From: Escherichia coli phage Wa28
Length of the DNA: 64,000 bases
Sequence record: LC788710.1
Strand: one strand, 5' to 3'
Shown here in pieces: positions 42,138 to 51,207 of the stretch. The notes under the pieces were generated by a model. It was not told the origin of the DNA. It was given only the letters and a program-made list of their open reading frames with translations, and ran no database searches. A program made the position numbers and the translations under genes. Every line of letters begins with the position of its first letter. The stretch's first letter is position 1.

Positions 42138-42372
42138 CTTTCAGAATATCCTCGATCATGTCAGAAGATTGCTGTAGTTCGTCTACAATGCGTTTAACGT
42201 CAGTTTTTGTCACTTTACAGGCCAACATCGTGAACAGCATTGCAACGATGATGATAGGAACTGGCAGAACAAACAGTGCTACTTTAGCAACGTTCTTCGG
42301 GGTCCAGGTATGATACTTAGTAACCAGAACACCAACAATAACCAGATAAAAAGCTAAGATAATTAACATCAT
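42127..42372 (-). CDS. small membrane protein
   Basis: 81 aa, two TM helices. Confidence 0.35.
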   Translation of the reverse strand: MMLIILAFYLVIVGVLVTKYHTWTPKNVAKVALFVLPVPIIIVAMLFTMLACKVTKTDVKRIVDELQQSSDMIEDILKDEA

Positions 42373-42650
42373 TTCTTAATCTCCGTGATTACCTGAGCGC
42401 GCAGGACTTTAATAGGAAGTTTAGTGTTACCAACAAGAGTTTCAATATTCGTTAGCTTTTCTTTAAGAAGATCTGAGCGTCTTTGTGCTAATTCGATATC
42501 TTCTTCCTGTTCAACGAGACGTTTAACTAGCCCATCATTGGTGAGGCGCATCCTATCCATATTTTTATTAGCATTAATAATGCCAATGATTCCACCAATT
42601 GCTGCTAAAGTCGTGAGAACCAGTAATCCAATTAAAATTTCTGTTATCAT
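42369..42650 (-). CDS. small membrane protein with coiled coil
   Basis: 93 aa; N-terminal TM helix. Confidence 0.35.
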   Translation of the reverse strand: MITEILIGLLVLTTLAAIGGIIGIINANKNMDRMRLTNDGLVKRLVEQEEDIELAQRRSDLLKEKLTNIETLVGNTKLPIKVLRAQVITEIKK

Positions 42651-43054
42651 TTAAATACTCCATTAGCACACCACATGGATGGTGGGACTTCTTCTACATT
42701 TCCATAAAATTTGATCTTAAATAAGACACTACCTTTATTTTGGCAGAAAATCTTTCCTTCCTCTACCATAATTTTTGCTTGATTTGTGTCACCAGATCTT
42801 AAAACATCTATTACTGTAACCCCTGTAAATCTGGAGAATTGTTCATCAGCATATTCACCTTGTTGACGGTGTCTCTGCTCCATTTCCATGGCTGCTTTCT
42901 TTGCCTCTTCCCATTTATCCTTATGCTGGGTTGGGGCTTCCTTAACTTCTACTTTATCACGCTGGTTAAGCATGAAATCGGTAACACCGAGTGTGATAGC
43001 TAGAGAGACTAGGGCATTCAGCCCTAGTACAAGTAAGAATTTTCCATTAGTCAT
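42647..43054 (-). CDS. membrane-anchored protein
   Basis: 135 aa; N-terminal TM helix. Confidence 0.4.
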   Translation of the reverse strand: MTNGKFLLVLGLNALVSLAITLGVTDFMLNQRDKVEVKEAPTQHKDKWEEAKKAAMEMEQRHRQQGEYADEQFSRFTGVTVIDVLRSGDTNQAKIMVEEGKIFCQNKGSVLFKIKFYGNVEEVPPSMWCANGVFK

Positions 43055-43305
43055 TATTTCTTACCTTTCAGTTGCTTAACTTCACGCTCAAAAGATGCTG
43101 CACGACGTTCGGCAGTTGCCTGATGCTCTTTCGCAAAACGTGCTTCTTGTTTCGCAAGGTTGAATGCCATAGCATTCTTGTTCAGAGAATCATACATCTT
43201 TTTCATTGCCGGAATAGACATCTTCATGAGCTGACCTTCAAACCCTTGCATGTCCAACAGGATAGCCAATACGTTTGCCATTTCAGTTTTAGTCATGTTT
43301 TCCAT
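43054..43305 (-). CDS. hypothetical protein (start moved to Met7, downstream of promoter and RBS)
   Basis: the track ORF start at 43323 overlaps the -10 box; AGAGAGGAAG RBS precedes the ATG at 43305. Confidence 0.4.
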   Translation of the reverse strand: MENMTKTEMANVLAILLDMQGFEGQLMKMSIPAMKKMYDSLNKNAMAFNLAKQEARFAKEHQATAERRAASFEREVKQLKGKK

Positions 43306-43337
43306 TTGAACTTCCTCTCTCATTAATTTATAAATAT

Positions 43338-43366
43338 ATTATATAAGATTTCTGGACATTTAGCAA
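43338..43366 (-). promoter_or_regulatory. T5-type sigma70 promoter (TTGCTA-17-TATAAT)
   Basis: reverse complement reads TTGCTA, 17-bp spacer, TATAAT, with AT-rich upstream tract. Confidence 0.6.
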
Positions 43367-43371
43367 GTAAA

Positions 43372-43902
43372 TTATTTATTTAATTCTTCTAATGCTGGAA
43401 GCAACCCGCGAAAGACTTCCTTAACTGCTAGCTCTCCGTGAAGCTCTTCCCTTAGTATATTAGCTGCTTCAACAGCTAAATTTAGATCTTGGTATCTAAA
43501 GTAGCCACCATGTACTGGAGTACTTTCAGAATTTCTGGCTTGGACTCTCCATTGCTGGAGATCTTTCTTCCAGCTAACCCCTAGATATCCAGAATTAGAT
43601 TGTGCGACTTTATTACGATTATTTTCCTGAGATGTGGCATCCTTTAGATTACACCATCTGTTATCTTTTCTTATATTATTTAAGTGATGAACTAAACCTG
43701 GGATATAACCCTCCATATACAGGAAAGCTAATCTATGGGCTGCATATCTTTTTCTGTTTATCCCGATAAATATATAACCATCTTTATCGGGACTGCCAGC
43801 GATAGCTCCAGCTTTAGCTCTACCCTTACTGACTTTCCTTATAAAGTCTCCTGTATCGGGATTATATTCAAATAGTTCTTTTAGTAGTTCTTGTGTTATC
43901 AT
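43372..43902 (-). CDS. HNH homing endonuclease
   Basis: 176 aa; AHRLAF...VHHLNNIRKDNRWCNL HNH motif. Confidence 0.6.
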   Translation of the reverse strand: MITQELLKELFEYNPDTGDFIRKVSKGRAKAGAIAGSPDKDGYIFIGINRKRYAAHRLAFLYMEGYIPGLVHHLNNIRKDNRWCNLKDATSQENNRNKVAQSNSGYLGVSWKKDLQQWRVQARNSESTPVHGGYFRYQDLNLAVEAANILREELHGELAVKEVFRGLLPALEELNK

Positions 43903-44334
43903 TTACCAATCGTTAACGAAACCTGAGAACTCAGAAGCAAAGACTAACTCAAATTTCTCAGCAATTTCAGGATGATCTTTACAGATCAGTTCAATGCACT
44001 TCTCAGGTTCCATACCATCTTCTTCAGGATCACCGTAATACTTGTCCCAAAGATCATCAGGAATAACTTGCTCAGCTAGATCTTGGAAGTTCACTAACTG
44101 ATAGCGTGGAGTATCCTCATTAATAAAGATCTCATGCAATTCCTCAGATACTTCTCCCTTATAATCGGAAATTAGCAGAGCATTGCAAGCAAAACATTCC
44201 CACATCATCAAACGCTCAGAAATCGGGTTCGATTTGTCTTGAACATAGGACTGAAAGACTGCCTTAAAAGTAGCTTTAACTTGCTCAAACTTATCTGCTG
44301 TTGCGATTAAAAGTGCTTTATCAATCTTTTGCAT
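43903..44334 (-). CDS. hypothetical protein
   Basis: 143 aa; promoter and RBS directly upstream. Confidence 0.45.
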   Translation of the reverse strand: MQKIDKALLIATADKFEQVKATFKAVFQSYVQDKSNPISERLMMWECFACNALLISDYKGEVSEELHEIFINEDTPRYQLVNFQDLAEQVIPDDLWDKYYGDPEEDGMEPEKCIELICKDHPEIAEKFELVFASEFSGFVNDW

Positions 44335-44363
44335 TTTGATTCCTTCTCATCAATTTATAAAGT

Positions 44364-44392
44364 AATTATACAGAAAACTAAGCATTTTAGCA
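44364..44392 (-). promoter_or_regulatory. T5-type sigma70 promoter (TTGCTA-17-TATAAT)
   Basis: same conserved architecture, followed by ATAAATTGATGAG leader. Confidence 0.6.
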
Positions 44393-44495
44393 AATGAAGT
44401 TTTAAAATAAAAGGCCTAAGCCTAGGCCCGTAAAGAAAGAGATAAGAACTACTATCCCTATTGCTATAAATATCTCACGAGCCATGCCATCAAAA

Positions 44496-45086
44496 TCAAA
44501 CATTGATATCTCCCCTCAATACCGCTGCCACATCTTCATCGATTTGGAGTATTTCACCAGTAGTGCAGTTAACCACTTTATCATAGCTTGTGAACTTGCC
44601 AGACACAATATCCTCTAGAGGAATAGGAGTCTTGCTCATCTCAAAAGAGACGTTGATATAACGTGGGTCACGCACAGAATTGGTGTGCACATGTCCGTGA
44701 ATGTTTAGCTTACCACGAAGTTCTGCTTCGTGCAATGGACAATGTGACAGCCAAAACTTCTTGCCACCACCTGTTTGCTTACCTAGAGCCTGAATATCAT
44801 CATAAACGTCTACAAGATCTTTAATACGCAGACCCTGACGTTCAGCATCGTGGTTGCCCATGATTAATTGGTTAGGCACATTGTAGATAACCGACTTCAA
44901 TTTAGCCAACCCTTCACGCCCCACGGCAATATCTCCTAGCAATACAAGTTTTGTACGCTTGCCAATGTGCTTGGACAAAGTATCTAGGATATATTCATCG
45001 TGCTCTTTCCTGTTCTTAAACCACGGACGGAAGCGAAGAGTTCCAGGATGGTCTAGGTGCAAATCCGACCAGAATTTAACTTTCAT
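44496..45086 (-). CDS. calcineurin-like metallophosphoesterase
   Basis: 196 aa; DLHLDH, GDIAVGREG, GNHD motifs. Confidence 0.55.
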   Translation of the reverse strand: MKVKFWSDLHLDHPGTLRFRPWFKNRKEHDEYILDTLSKHIGKRTKLVLLGDIAVGREGLAKLKSVIYNVPNQLIMGNHDAERQGLRIKDLVDVYDDIQALGKQTGGGKKFWLSHCPLHEAELRGKLNIHGHVHTNSVRDPRYINVSFEMSKTPIPLEDIVSGKFTSYDKVVNCTTGEILQIDEDVAAVLRGDINV

Positions 45087-45292
45087 TACTTATTCCTTAC
45101 ACAAGTTGAGGTAATAGTATAACTATCGTAGAATATACCTTTTGTGAGTCCAATTTGGATGCTGGAATTATCCAGCTTACCTCCAGCTACGTCACACAAG
45201 TGTCTAGTATCTTCTGCGGTGAATCTCATACTATTATCATAAGGATCACATCCAGCTAGTATTAGTACTGATACTAGTAGTAATCTCTTCAT
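45086..45292 (-). CDS. putative lipoprotein
   Basis: 68 aa; signal peptide with lipobox LAGC. Confidence 0.4.
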   Translation of the reverse strand: MKRLLLVSVLILAGCDPYDNSMRFTAEDTRHLCDVAGGKLDNSSIQIGLTKGIFYDSYTITSTCVRNK

Positions 45293-45660
45293 TACAGAAC
45301 TTCCTCCGCATATTTATTCCAACCCTGACAATAACTACTAATACCACGAAGTTTGAATATTTCATCATAAACCTCATGGTGCTCTTTTGCTTCTTGATAT
45401 CCTTTGTCAAGTTCTTCTTGTCGTGCTTGCTCAAAATCAACACGATTCTCTAGCATTTTCCAGACTTTTTCATACTCTGGCCAGTCATGCTCTACCACAA
45501 CGGTTTTGAGATCCTCTTTTCCACGTTGTGCTCGACTATACCACAGTTTGGATAAGATATGTTCCAAAGTGGTAAAGTTGCTTTGAGTGATATGCCCTAA
45601 TTCTAGGGCTTTCTCAATATCAGACAACTTTATAACTACATAACGTTCTTCACGTTCCAT
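45292..45660 (-). CDS. hypothetical protein
   Basis: 122 aa ORF. Confidence 0.4.
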   Translation of the reverse strand: MEREERYVVIKLSDIEKALELGHITQSNFTTLEHILSKLWYSRAQRGKEDLKTVVVEHDWPEYEKVWKMLENRVDFEQARQEELDKGYQEAKEHHEVYDEIFKLRGISSYCQGWNKYAEEVL

Positions 45661-46523
45661 TATAGAATCCTCTGTACACCACAGCTATCATTTTTATCTG
45701 TGGTAAATGTCAAGATCTTACCAGCTTCATCATTAACTTGCGCAACCGTCAACTGCCCGTTGAAAACACCGCCAGTATCGAGATAAACACGGTTCTTGTA
45801 CAGAATTGGGTAAGGAACACCAGTGTGGCCATGGAATACGAAATCTACACTTTCAACTTCTGGCACTTCCACAGTCAGTTCATCTTTAAATCCTGCATAA
45901 CGCTGGAAATAGGGGTGCTCTGCACCTTGCTTAGACAGATGAAAACCAATTTCCTGAATTACATCACGATCCCATAGATATGGCTCAATGTAATAACTAG
46001 GATGATCATTAGGATCATTTTCACTTGCAGCGATATGATCAATAATATCATCCCAATTAGGTGTATGTACATCGAATCCCGCATCTTTATACTGGAATGG
46101 TATTCCACCATGAACAACACCATATTTCTTGCCACGATGGAGTACAGTCATGAATACTGGCATTTTAACTGCCATATCTTCTGCGATACCTTTAATTGTA
46201 TCGGTATCTAGATCATTCATTGCCCACATTCCACCATTATACATCCAGTTGGCGTAGTCACCAGCAATCATAAACTGATCATGGTTGCCACGAACGCTGC
46301 GGAAGCGTGGGTTATATAAGAATTTGGCTAGAACCTGTAAGTTCTGCGGGCCACGGTCAATTAAGTCGCCAACACAGACAACATAGTCACGCTTCTCTTT
46401 ATATCCTGCTAGTTTAAGAGCATCTTCCAGCATATCATTACAGCCGTGAATATCTCCTACGAAGAACAGGTTAACATCGTCTGGTACTACTAACATTTCA
46501 TGCAGGTTAAATTCTTTTTTCAT
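45660..46523 (-). CDS. Ser/Thr protein phosphatase (PPP family)
   Basis: 287 aa; GDIHG, GDLIDRG, GNHD motifs in canonical order. Confidence 0.7.
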   Translation of the reverse strand: MKKEFNLHEMLVVPDDVNLFFVGDIHGCNDMLEDALKLAGYKEKRDYVVCVGDLIDRGPQNLQVLAKFLYNPRFRSVRGNHDQFMIAGDYANWMYNGGMWAMNDLDTDTIKGIAEDMAVKMPVFMTVLHRGKKYGVVHGGIPFQYKDAGFDVHTPNWDDIIDHIAASENDPNDHPSYYIEPYLWDRDVIQEIGFHLSKQGAEHPYFQRYAGFKDELTVEVPEVESVDFVFHGHTGVPYPILYKNRVYLDTGGVFNGQLTVAQVNDEAGKILTFTTDKNDSCGVQRIL

Positions 46524-46554
46524 TATCTGGTTCCTTTCTCAAGTTTATAGGTAT

Positions 46555-46583
46555 ATTATATCAAAATTTTAAGCGTTTAGCAA
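46555..46583 (-). promoter_or_regulatory. T5-type sigma70 promoter (TTGCTA-17-TATAAT)
   Basis: conserved architecture upstream of the phosphatase gene. Confidence 0.6.
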
Positions 46584-46625
46584 ATAAAGAAAAACCCAGA
46601 TCAGCTAAGATCTGGGTTGGATTTA

Positions 46626-46916
46626 TTAATCTTCTGGATTATCTTCCAGGAAGTTTTTGATTGCATCGTGCATAGTTTCCTTACGAAGCTGACGACCAAT
46701 CAGAATGTGGTTGGCTTCCACACGACCATTCGGTAGACGATCTGCTAGAACTACTACAGGAACTTGTCTAACACCGAACTTCTGCATAAGTTCTGTATTA
46801 TCAGTCTCTTTATGAACTTCTAGACTGTAGCCCTGTACTACTTTATCGAATACAGGCTCGAAAAGTTTACATGGGTTGCAAGTGGAACCTTTTAATAGAT
46901 ATATTAATTTACTCAT
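46626..46916 (-). CDS. thioredoxin/glutaredoxin-like protein
   Basis: 96 aa; CNPC redox motif near N-terminus. Confidence 0.5.
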   Translation of the reverse strand: MSKLIYLLKGSTCNPCKLFEPVFDKVVQGYSLEVHKETDNTELMQKFGVRQVPVVVLADRLPNGRVEANHILIGRQLRKETMHDAIKNFLEDNPED

Positions 46917-47319
46917 GTTTATTAATGGCCTCCAAAAAGCCTTTCATTACCTTGACAGTTGCAGTGCTAAGATCTAAGGTAGCACCTAAGCACTCGGATA
47001 CAGCAGCTTGATAAGGGGCTTTTAGCCTGCCTTCCGGTACTTGTACTTTCTTATAGGTTTTCTTCTTGACTTTATCCAGCATCGTTTCAAGAACATTGAG
47101 AGGCAACTTCTGACCTTCAATATTCACGCCAAGCTCTTCCATTAGCATGGTATTTAAGTCAATACGAGTAAGTTTCTTGCCCTTGCTAGACATACGAATT
47201 CCCGCCTTTTTCTCAAGTTTTGCACGCTCTGGTGAATCGAGGTCACGTAATGCGATGTTCAATTCATACGGAGCCATATTGTAATGGTTAGCCATCTGAG
47301 TATAGTAACGATCTGACAT
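46909..47319 (-). CDS. hypothetical protein
   Basis: 136 aa; GAGGAG RBS. Confidence 0.4.
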   Translation of the reverse strand: MSDRYYTQMANHYNMAPYELNIALRDLDSPERAKLEKKAGIRMSSKGKKLTRIDLNTMLMEELGVNIEGQKLPLNVLETMLDKVKKKTYKKVQVPEGRLKAPYQAAVSECLGATLDLSTATVKVMKGFLEAINKHE

Positions 47320-47352
47320 TTGTGAAACTCCTCTGATTCAATTTATATAAAT

Positions 47353-47381
47353 ATTATATAAAAATTTCAGCGGAAAGTCAA
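47353..47381 (-). promoter_or_regulatory. T5-type sigma70 promoter (TTGACT-17-TATAAT)
   Basis: conserved architecture. Confidence 0.6.
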
Positions 47382-47394
47382 CTACTTTTTTATA

Positions 47395-47811
47395 TTAGTG
47401 TGCTTGATGTGGGAATCTCTTCCTAACTAAGTACATAGTTATTGGATATATTGAATACATAAGTATAGGGGAGAAAAGGGTGAAATAAGCCGTGACTCCC
47501 CCAGCTAACATTAGTGGTATCAATGCTAGAGTAAGGGCCATAAGAATCATACCGAATGAGACAGCCAGGGCTACTGTGATGCAGTTCTCTAACTCCATCC
47601 AAAGCCAACAATATTTCGTATTCCTCTGGCAGTTGCATTTGCAAACGCCGAATGTGCCCATAATTATATACTCTAGCCCATGAACGACTTTCTTTAATGT
47701 ATCATTTTGGGTAACTAGTGCGACAACAGTGAGAATTATCATTAAGATGAAAATTACTAGGCTTATTTTCCATATTCCTAGTAATATCATGGTGAATAGT
47801 TCTGCAAACAT
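47395..47811 (-). CDS. integral membrane protein
   Basis: 138 aa, multiple TM helices. Confidence 0.4.
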   Translation of the reverse strand: MFAELFTMILLGIWKISLVIFILMIILTVVALVTQNDTLKKVVHGLEYIIMGTFGVCKCNCQRNTKYCWLWMELENCITVALAVSFGMILMALTLALIPLMLAGGVTAYFTLFSPILMYSIYPITMYLVRKRFPHQAH

Positions 47812-47886
47812 GGCTTTCTCCTATCATTAAGTTTTTAAAGCCCCCTTTGCTTTAAAAGGCGGGAATTACCCCGCCTTGATTTATTA

Positions 47887-48300
47887 TCAGACTAATTCTA
47901 CGTGACCACCGTCGTAAGTACCACGATCGATCTCATCATGATAATCACCAGAACTATTCCAGTCGGCACCAAAACGAAGTTTGACACCAAGTTCCTTACC
48001 GGCTTGTTCAAAAGCCTTCTTAACAGCCCAAAATGCTTCCAGATCTTTCCAATCAATCTTTCCATTAATATATGGTGCAAAATCGATAGCGTCTCCAGTT
48101 ACATGCTTACTCTTGCTAGGGTCTTTCAAAAATGAAGTACCATTAGCAATGTTTTGGGCACTTTGTGCTACTGTACGAATACCCTGTACGATTGTGAAAT
48201 CATATGGAGATAATTCTAAAGCCCTACGAGCTACCTTTTGTAGCTCGGGCTTAACAGTTGCTAATTGTTTTTCGCTATTTTTACCAAATTTAAAACTCAT
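47887..48300 (-). CDS. lys: endolysin, L-alanyl-D-glutamate peptidase (M15-like)
   Basis: 137 aa; H...D...H metal-binding pattern (SKHVTGDAIDF ... DGGHVEL); adjacent to holin-like gene. Confidence 0.7.
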   Translation of the reverse strand: MSFKFGKNSEKQLATVKPELQKVARRALELSPYDFTIVQGIRTVAQSAQNIANGTSFLKDPSKSKHVTGDAIDFAPYINGKIDWKDLEAFWAVKKAFEQAGKELGVKLRFGADWNSSGDYHDEIDRGTYDGGHVELV

Positions 48301-48953
48301 ATAGATCTACCTAATGATCTCCGTTGTGGGGAACAGAGCTTTGCTAAGTACTCATTAAATTGTTCCGAATCAGCTGTATCTACGGGTTTATCCTTCCATG
48401 CAATACCTATGTATCCAGCATAGATATTATTTAGGTTGAAATATGGACAAGTGTAGACGTAATTAAAAGTAATGTTCTTAAATGCTGGTATATTTGACCC
48501 TGTATATTTATTTACTTTTACACTTAAATCCGCAGCGTAGTTAAAGCCTTCCAGGTGACGTCTATAAAGTTCAGACGTCTTATTTACTGCTTTATCGGCC
48601 AAGTCAGCCCTATCCAATTGCGCATTGCTTTCCCATGCAATAATGTTTGAATAATCATTTATAGCATCTGGTTTATACTTTACTACAAAAACGGCATCCG
48701 CACCAGTCTGGGAGAAAAGAACCATACTCTTTTCTCGTGCTACATTAGGAAAGTTATCTATCCTTTGGGTTTGAACATCCTGTAAAACCGAAGACGTGGA
48801 GAAAGTCTTTAAAAATGACATCACCTCGCTAGTGTTACTTACAAACAAGAAAATAATGACAGCAACTAAGATAGTTAGCAGACGTTTTAGTAGTGAAGCT
48901 GGATCTTTCGCTTCTTGTAGCAGTATCGTTAATAGTTGTATAAACTTTTCCAC
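48297..48953 (-). CDS. putative holin
   Basis: 218 aa; N-terminal TM helix; immediately upstream of and overlapping endolysin start. Confidence 0.5.
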   Translation of the reverse strand: MEKFIQLLTILLQEAKDPASLLKRLLTILVAVIIFLFVSNTSEVMSFLKTFSTSSVLQDVQTQRIDNFPNVAREKSMVLFSQTGADAVFVVKYKPDAINDYSNIIAWESNAQLDRADLADKAVNKTSELYRRHLEGFNYAADLSVKVNKYTGSNIPAFKNITFNYVYTCPYFNLNNIYAGYIGIAWKDKPVDTADSEQFNEYLAKLCSPQRRSLGRSI

Positions 48954-49063
48954 TTGTAACCTCCTCTAACCACTACCATTATACTAATTCTAGAGTAAAA
49001 TTACAATGTGTTTTTTAAGATCACTTCTGGAGCACAATTTTTTGTCGTTGTCAAGAAGAATTT

Positions 49064-49099
49064 TAGGCAAAAGAAAAGCCAGAGTCGTTAAACTCTGGC
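49064..49099 (-). terminator. rho-independent (bidirectional) terminator
   Basis: 9-bp stem AGCCAGAGT/ACTCTGGCT flanked by A/T runs on both sides. Confidence 0.6.
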
Positions 49100-49109
49100 T
49101 TAAAACTAC

Positions 49110-49709
49110 TTACACTTCTCCATGTTCTTCTGGATGCGGGGCTTGAGCTTTACTACACTGCTCTTTACGATAATTCGCCAAAATTTCAATACGCTTATTG
49201 ATTTCTTTGCTGTTGAGATAGATATTCTTATTCTCTTTTACCATGTCCTCGATTTCGTCGACAGAGAAGAACGGAAAGTAAATATCTAGCATCATATCTT
49301 CTACAAACTGGTTGTAGGATTCATATGCTTTCTTGATTTCTTGACCTTTCTCGCAGAATCCGCCAGAGAACGTATGTCCCATAAGCGTAGCATGTGGATG
49401 TACAACCCAACCGTGGCAAGATAGGAAGATTGTGCAGTAAGCAGAAGCACTAGGACCGAGTAGGTGTCCAATAACAGTTCCACGACAGTTAGCGATTAGG
49501 TTAGATAGTTGTGCAGCAGTATCAACGTAACCACCCGGCCCATTAATCATCAGATTAATTTCATCATCTTCACCAGCCTGCATCAGTATCATGGATAGGT
49601 CACGATACTCATCCGGTGAGCCTAATTCTTCATCAAAGAAAAAGGTATATTCGTTAGATTGGCGAACAGTGTGAAACAGGTTAGTCTTTTCTTCTTTCTT
49701 GTTAGTCAT
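49110..49709 (-). CDS. ClpP-like serine protease
   Basis: 199 aa; INGPGGYV and catalytic-region-like segments. Confidence 0.5.
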   Translation of the reverse strand: MTNKKEEKTNLFHTVRQSNEYTFFFDEELGSPDEYRDLSMILMQAGEDDEINLMINGPGGYVDTAAQLSNLIANCRGTVIGHLLGPSASAYCTIFLSCHGWVVHPHATLMGHTFSGGFCEKGQEIKKAYESYNQFVEDMMLDIYFPFFSVDEIEDMVKENKNIYLNSKEINKRIEILANYRKEQCSKAQAPHPEEHGEV

Positions 49710-49721
49710 AGTGATCCTTAA

Positions 49722-50474
49722 TTATCCAACTAGTGGTTCTAGCTCTAAGTCACAGAAGTGGTACACATCGGTACGAAGTGCATCAAGTCCGTTGAAGGTA
49801 TTCTCAAATTTATGAGAAATATATTTTTCAGGAATACCGCTTTCAGACGGATGATCTGTCTCGATGCGATACTTATTAGTAATACCAGATTCAACCTTAA
49901 TAAGCATGGAATCCATATCTAGAGTATTGGTTTCCATGATTAGTTCTCCCTCATTGGGGAAACGCACATCGGTAACGATTGCGACGTCTGGGTCGTCTTT
50001 ATCGATGGATTGCTCCAGAATTATGAGCCAAATGCGTTCATGCACCAGCTGCCTTCCTAACTCAGTACCTACAAGCTGTAGCATTTTTCTTGGGGAGATA
50101 AATACGCTATACAGCGCATCATCAGCTTGCCCAATTAACTGCTGAGGATCAAGGTATTTTCCTTCAAATATCGGCCAAACGTACGAGAAGTCCTCAAACT
50201 TATCGATACCATACTTAAACCATACGTCTCTAGCTCGCTCCAATTGAGATTGTGTGACTGTAAACCATTGGTCAATCTCTTTTCCCCTGCGCTCTCCCAG
50301 AAACTCTGGAGTTACCCCGAGGATTACGGATGCAAGTTCGTAAACGGGTTTAGCAAAACTGTAACGACGGGATAAACACGTTGGGAACGTGTCATTACAC
50401 CAGTCAATCATTAATTCTGCAACGGTATCTTTTCCCGCACCAGCCTCACCATGTAAACCGACTAATACTGACAT
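49722..50474 (-). CDS. dnk: deoxynucleoside monophosphate kinase
   Basis: 250 aa; P-loop GEAGAGKDT at N-terminus. Confidence 0.6.
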   Translation of the reverse strand: MSVLVGLHGEAGAGKDTVAELMIDWCNDTFPTCLSRRYSFAKPVYELASVILGVTPEFLGERRGKEIDQWFTVTQSQLERARDVWFKYGIDKFEDFSYVWPIFEGKYLDPQQLIGQADDALYSVFISPRKMLQLVGTELGRQLVHERIWLIILEQSIDKDDPDVAIVTDVRFPNEGELIMETNTLDMDSMLIKVESGITNKYRIETDHPSESGIPEKYISHKFENTFNGLDALRTDVYHFCDLELEPLVG

Positions 50475-50827
50475 TAATCTTTCCTATTTGTAATGGGTGG
50501 ATAGTAAACTAAGCAACGTTTTTCTTGTAAATCTTGACGATAGAAGCAAACCATACCAGTCAGTCGTGAAATGTAAGAGTAAACTGCTTCCTCGCATTTT
50601 GCTTTTGCATTCCAATCTTTGTAAGGTACAACAACTACTACGCCATCTTCGCCATTCGTAGCTAATTTCTTTTCGAATTTGAAATCAAAGCTACACGGCT
50701 GAAGTCCTTTAGGCCAGTCAACATGGGCTTGCTTTAACTCATGTGAAGGCTCTGGTTTTATTTCTTCTGCACAGCCTGTGATTGTGATTGCGGCTGCGAG
50801 CAGTACTCCAAGTTTCCAGTTAAGCAT
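50474..50827 (-). CDS. lipoprotein (o-spanin candidate)
   Basis: 117 aa; lipobox ITGC; start embedded in 3-prime end of the upstream TM/coiled-coil ORF. Confidence 0.35.
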   Translation of the reverse strand: MLNWKLGVLLAAAITITGCAEEIKPEPSHELKQAHVDWPKGLQPCSFDFKFEKKLATNGEDGVVVVVPYKDWNAKAKCEEAVYSYISRLTGMVCFYRQDLQEKRCLVYYPPITNRKD

Positions 50828-51207
50828 GCTAATCTTTCCTCGAACTCCTTACTCTGCTTTTTAGCAATTAATGTAACCAATCCAGGCTTTGCAGCTATAA
50901 TGTCTTGACGACTAAGTGCTTTATCAAGCTGACTAATTTTCTTGTCTAGATCTGCTTGGGAAACATTATTCATTGTGAAATACTGATTCATACGAGTTTC
51001 ACGAAGTTCACTTTCAGCTTTCACATTATTAAGGGAAGTCTCTAGGGACGTAATCTTTTTAGTAGCTACTGCAAGATCACCTGCTAGAGTCTCAACCTTA
51101 TTTACTAAGTGATAAGCACCGAATCCGATACCTATCGCAAGACCAGCTCCCAGGATATACCACTTACCTTGCCATATTCCTGAAAGAAGTTTTTGTATCA
51201 AATCCAT
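50758..51207 (-). CDS. membrane-anchored coiled-coil protein (i-spanin candidate)
   Basis: 149 aa; N-terminal TM helix then coiled coil; 70-nt overlap with downstream lipoprotein ORF. Confidence 0.35.
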   Translation of the reverse strand: MDLIQKLLSGIWQGKWYILGAGLAIGIGFGAYHLVNKVETLAGDLAVATKKITSLETSLNNVKAESELRETRMNQYFTMNNVSQADLDKKISQLDKALSRQDIIAAKPGLVTLIAKKQSKEFEERLACLTGNLEYCSQPQSQSQAVQKK

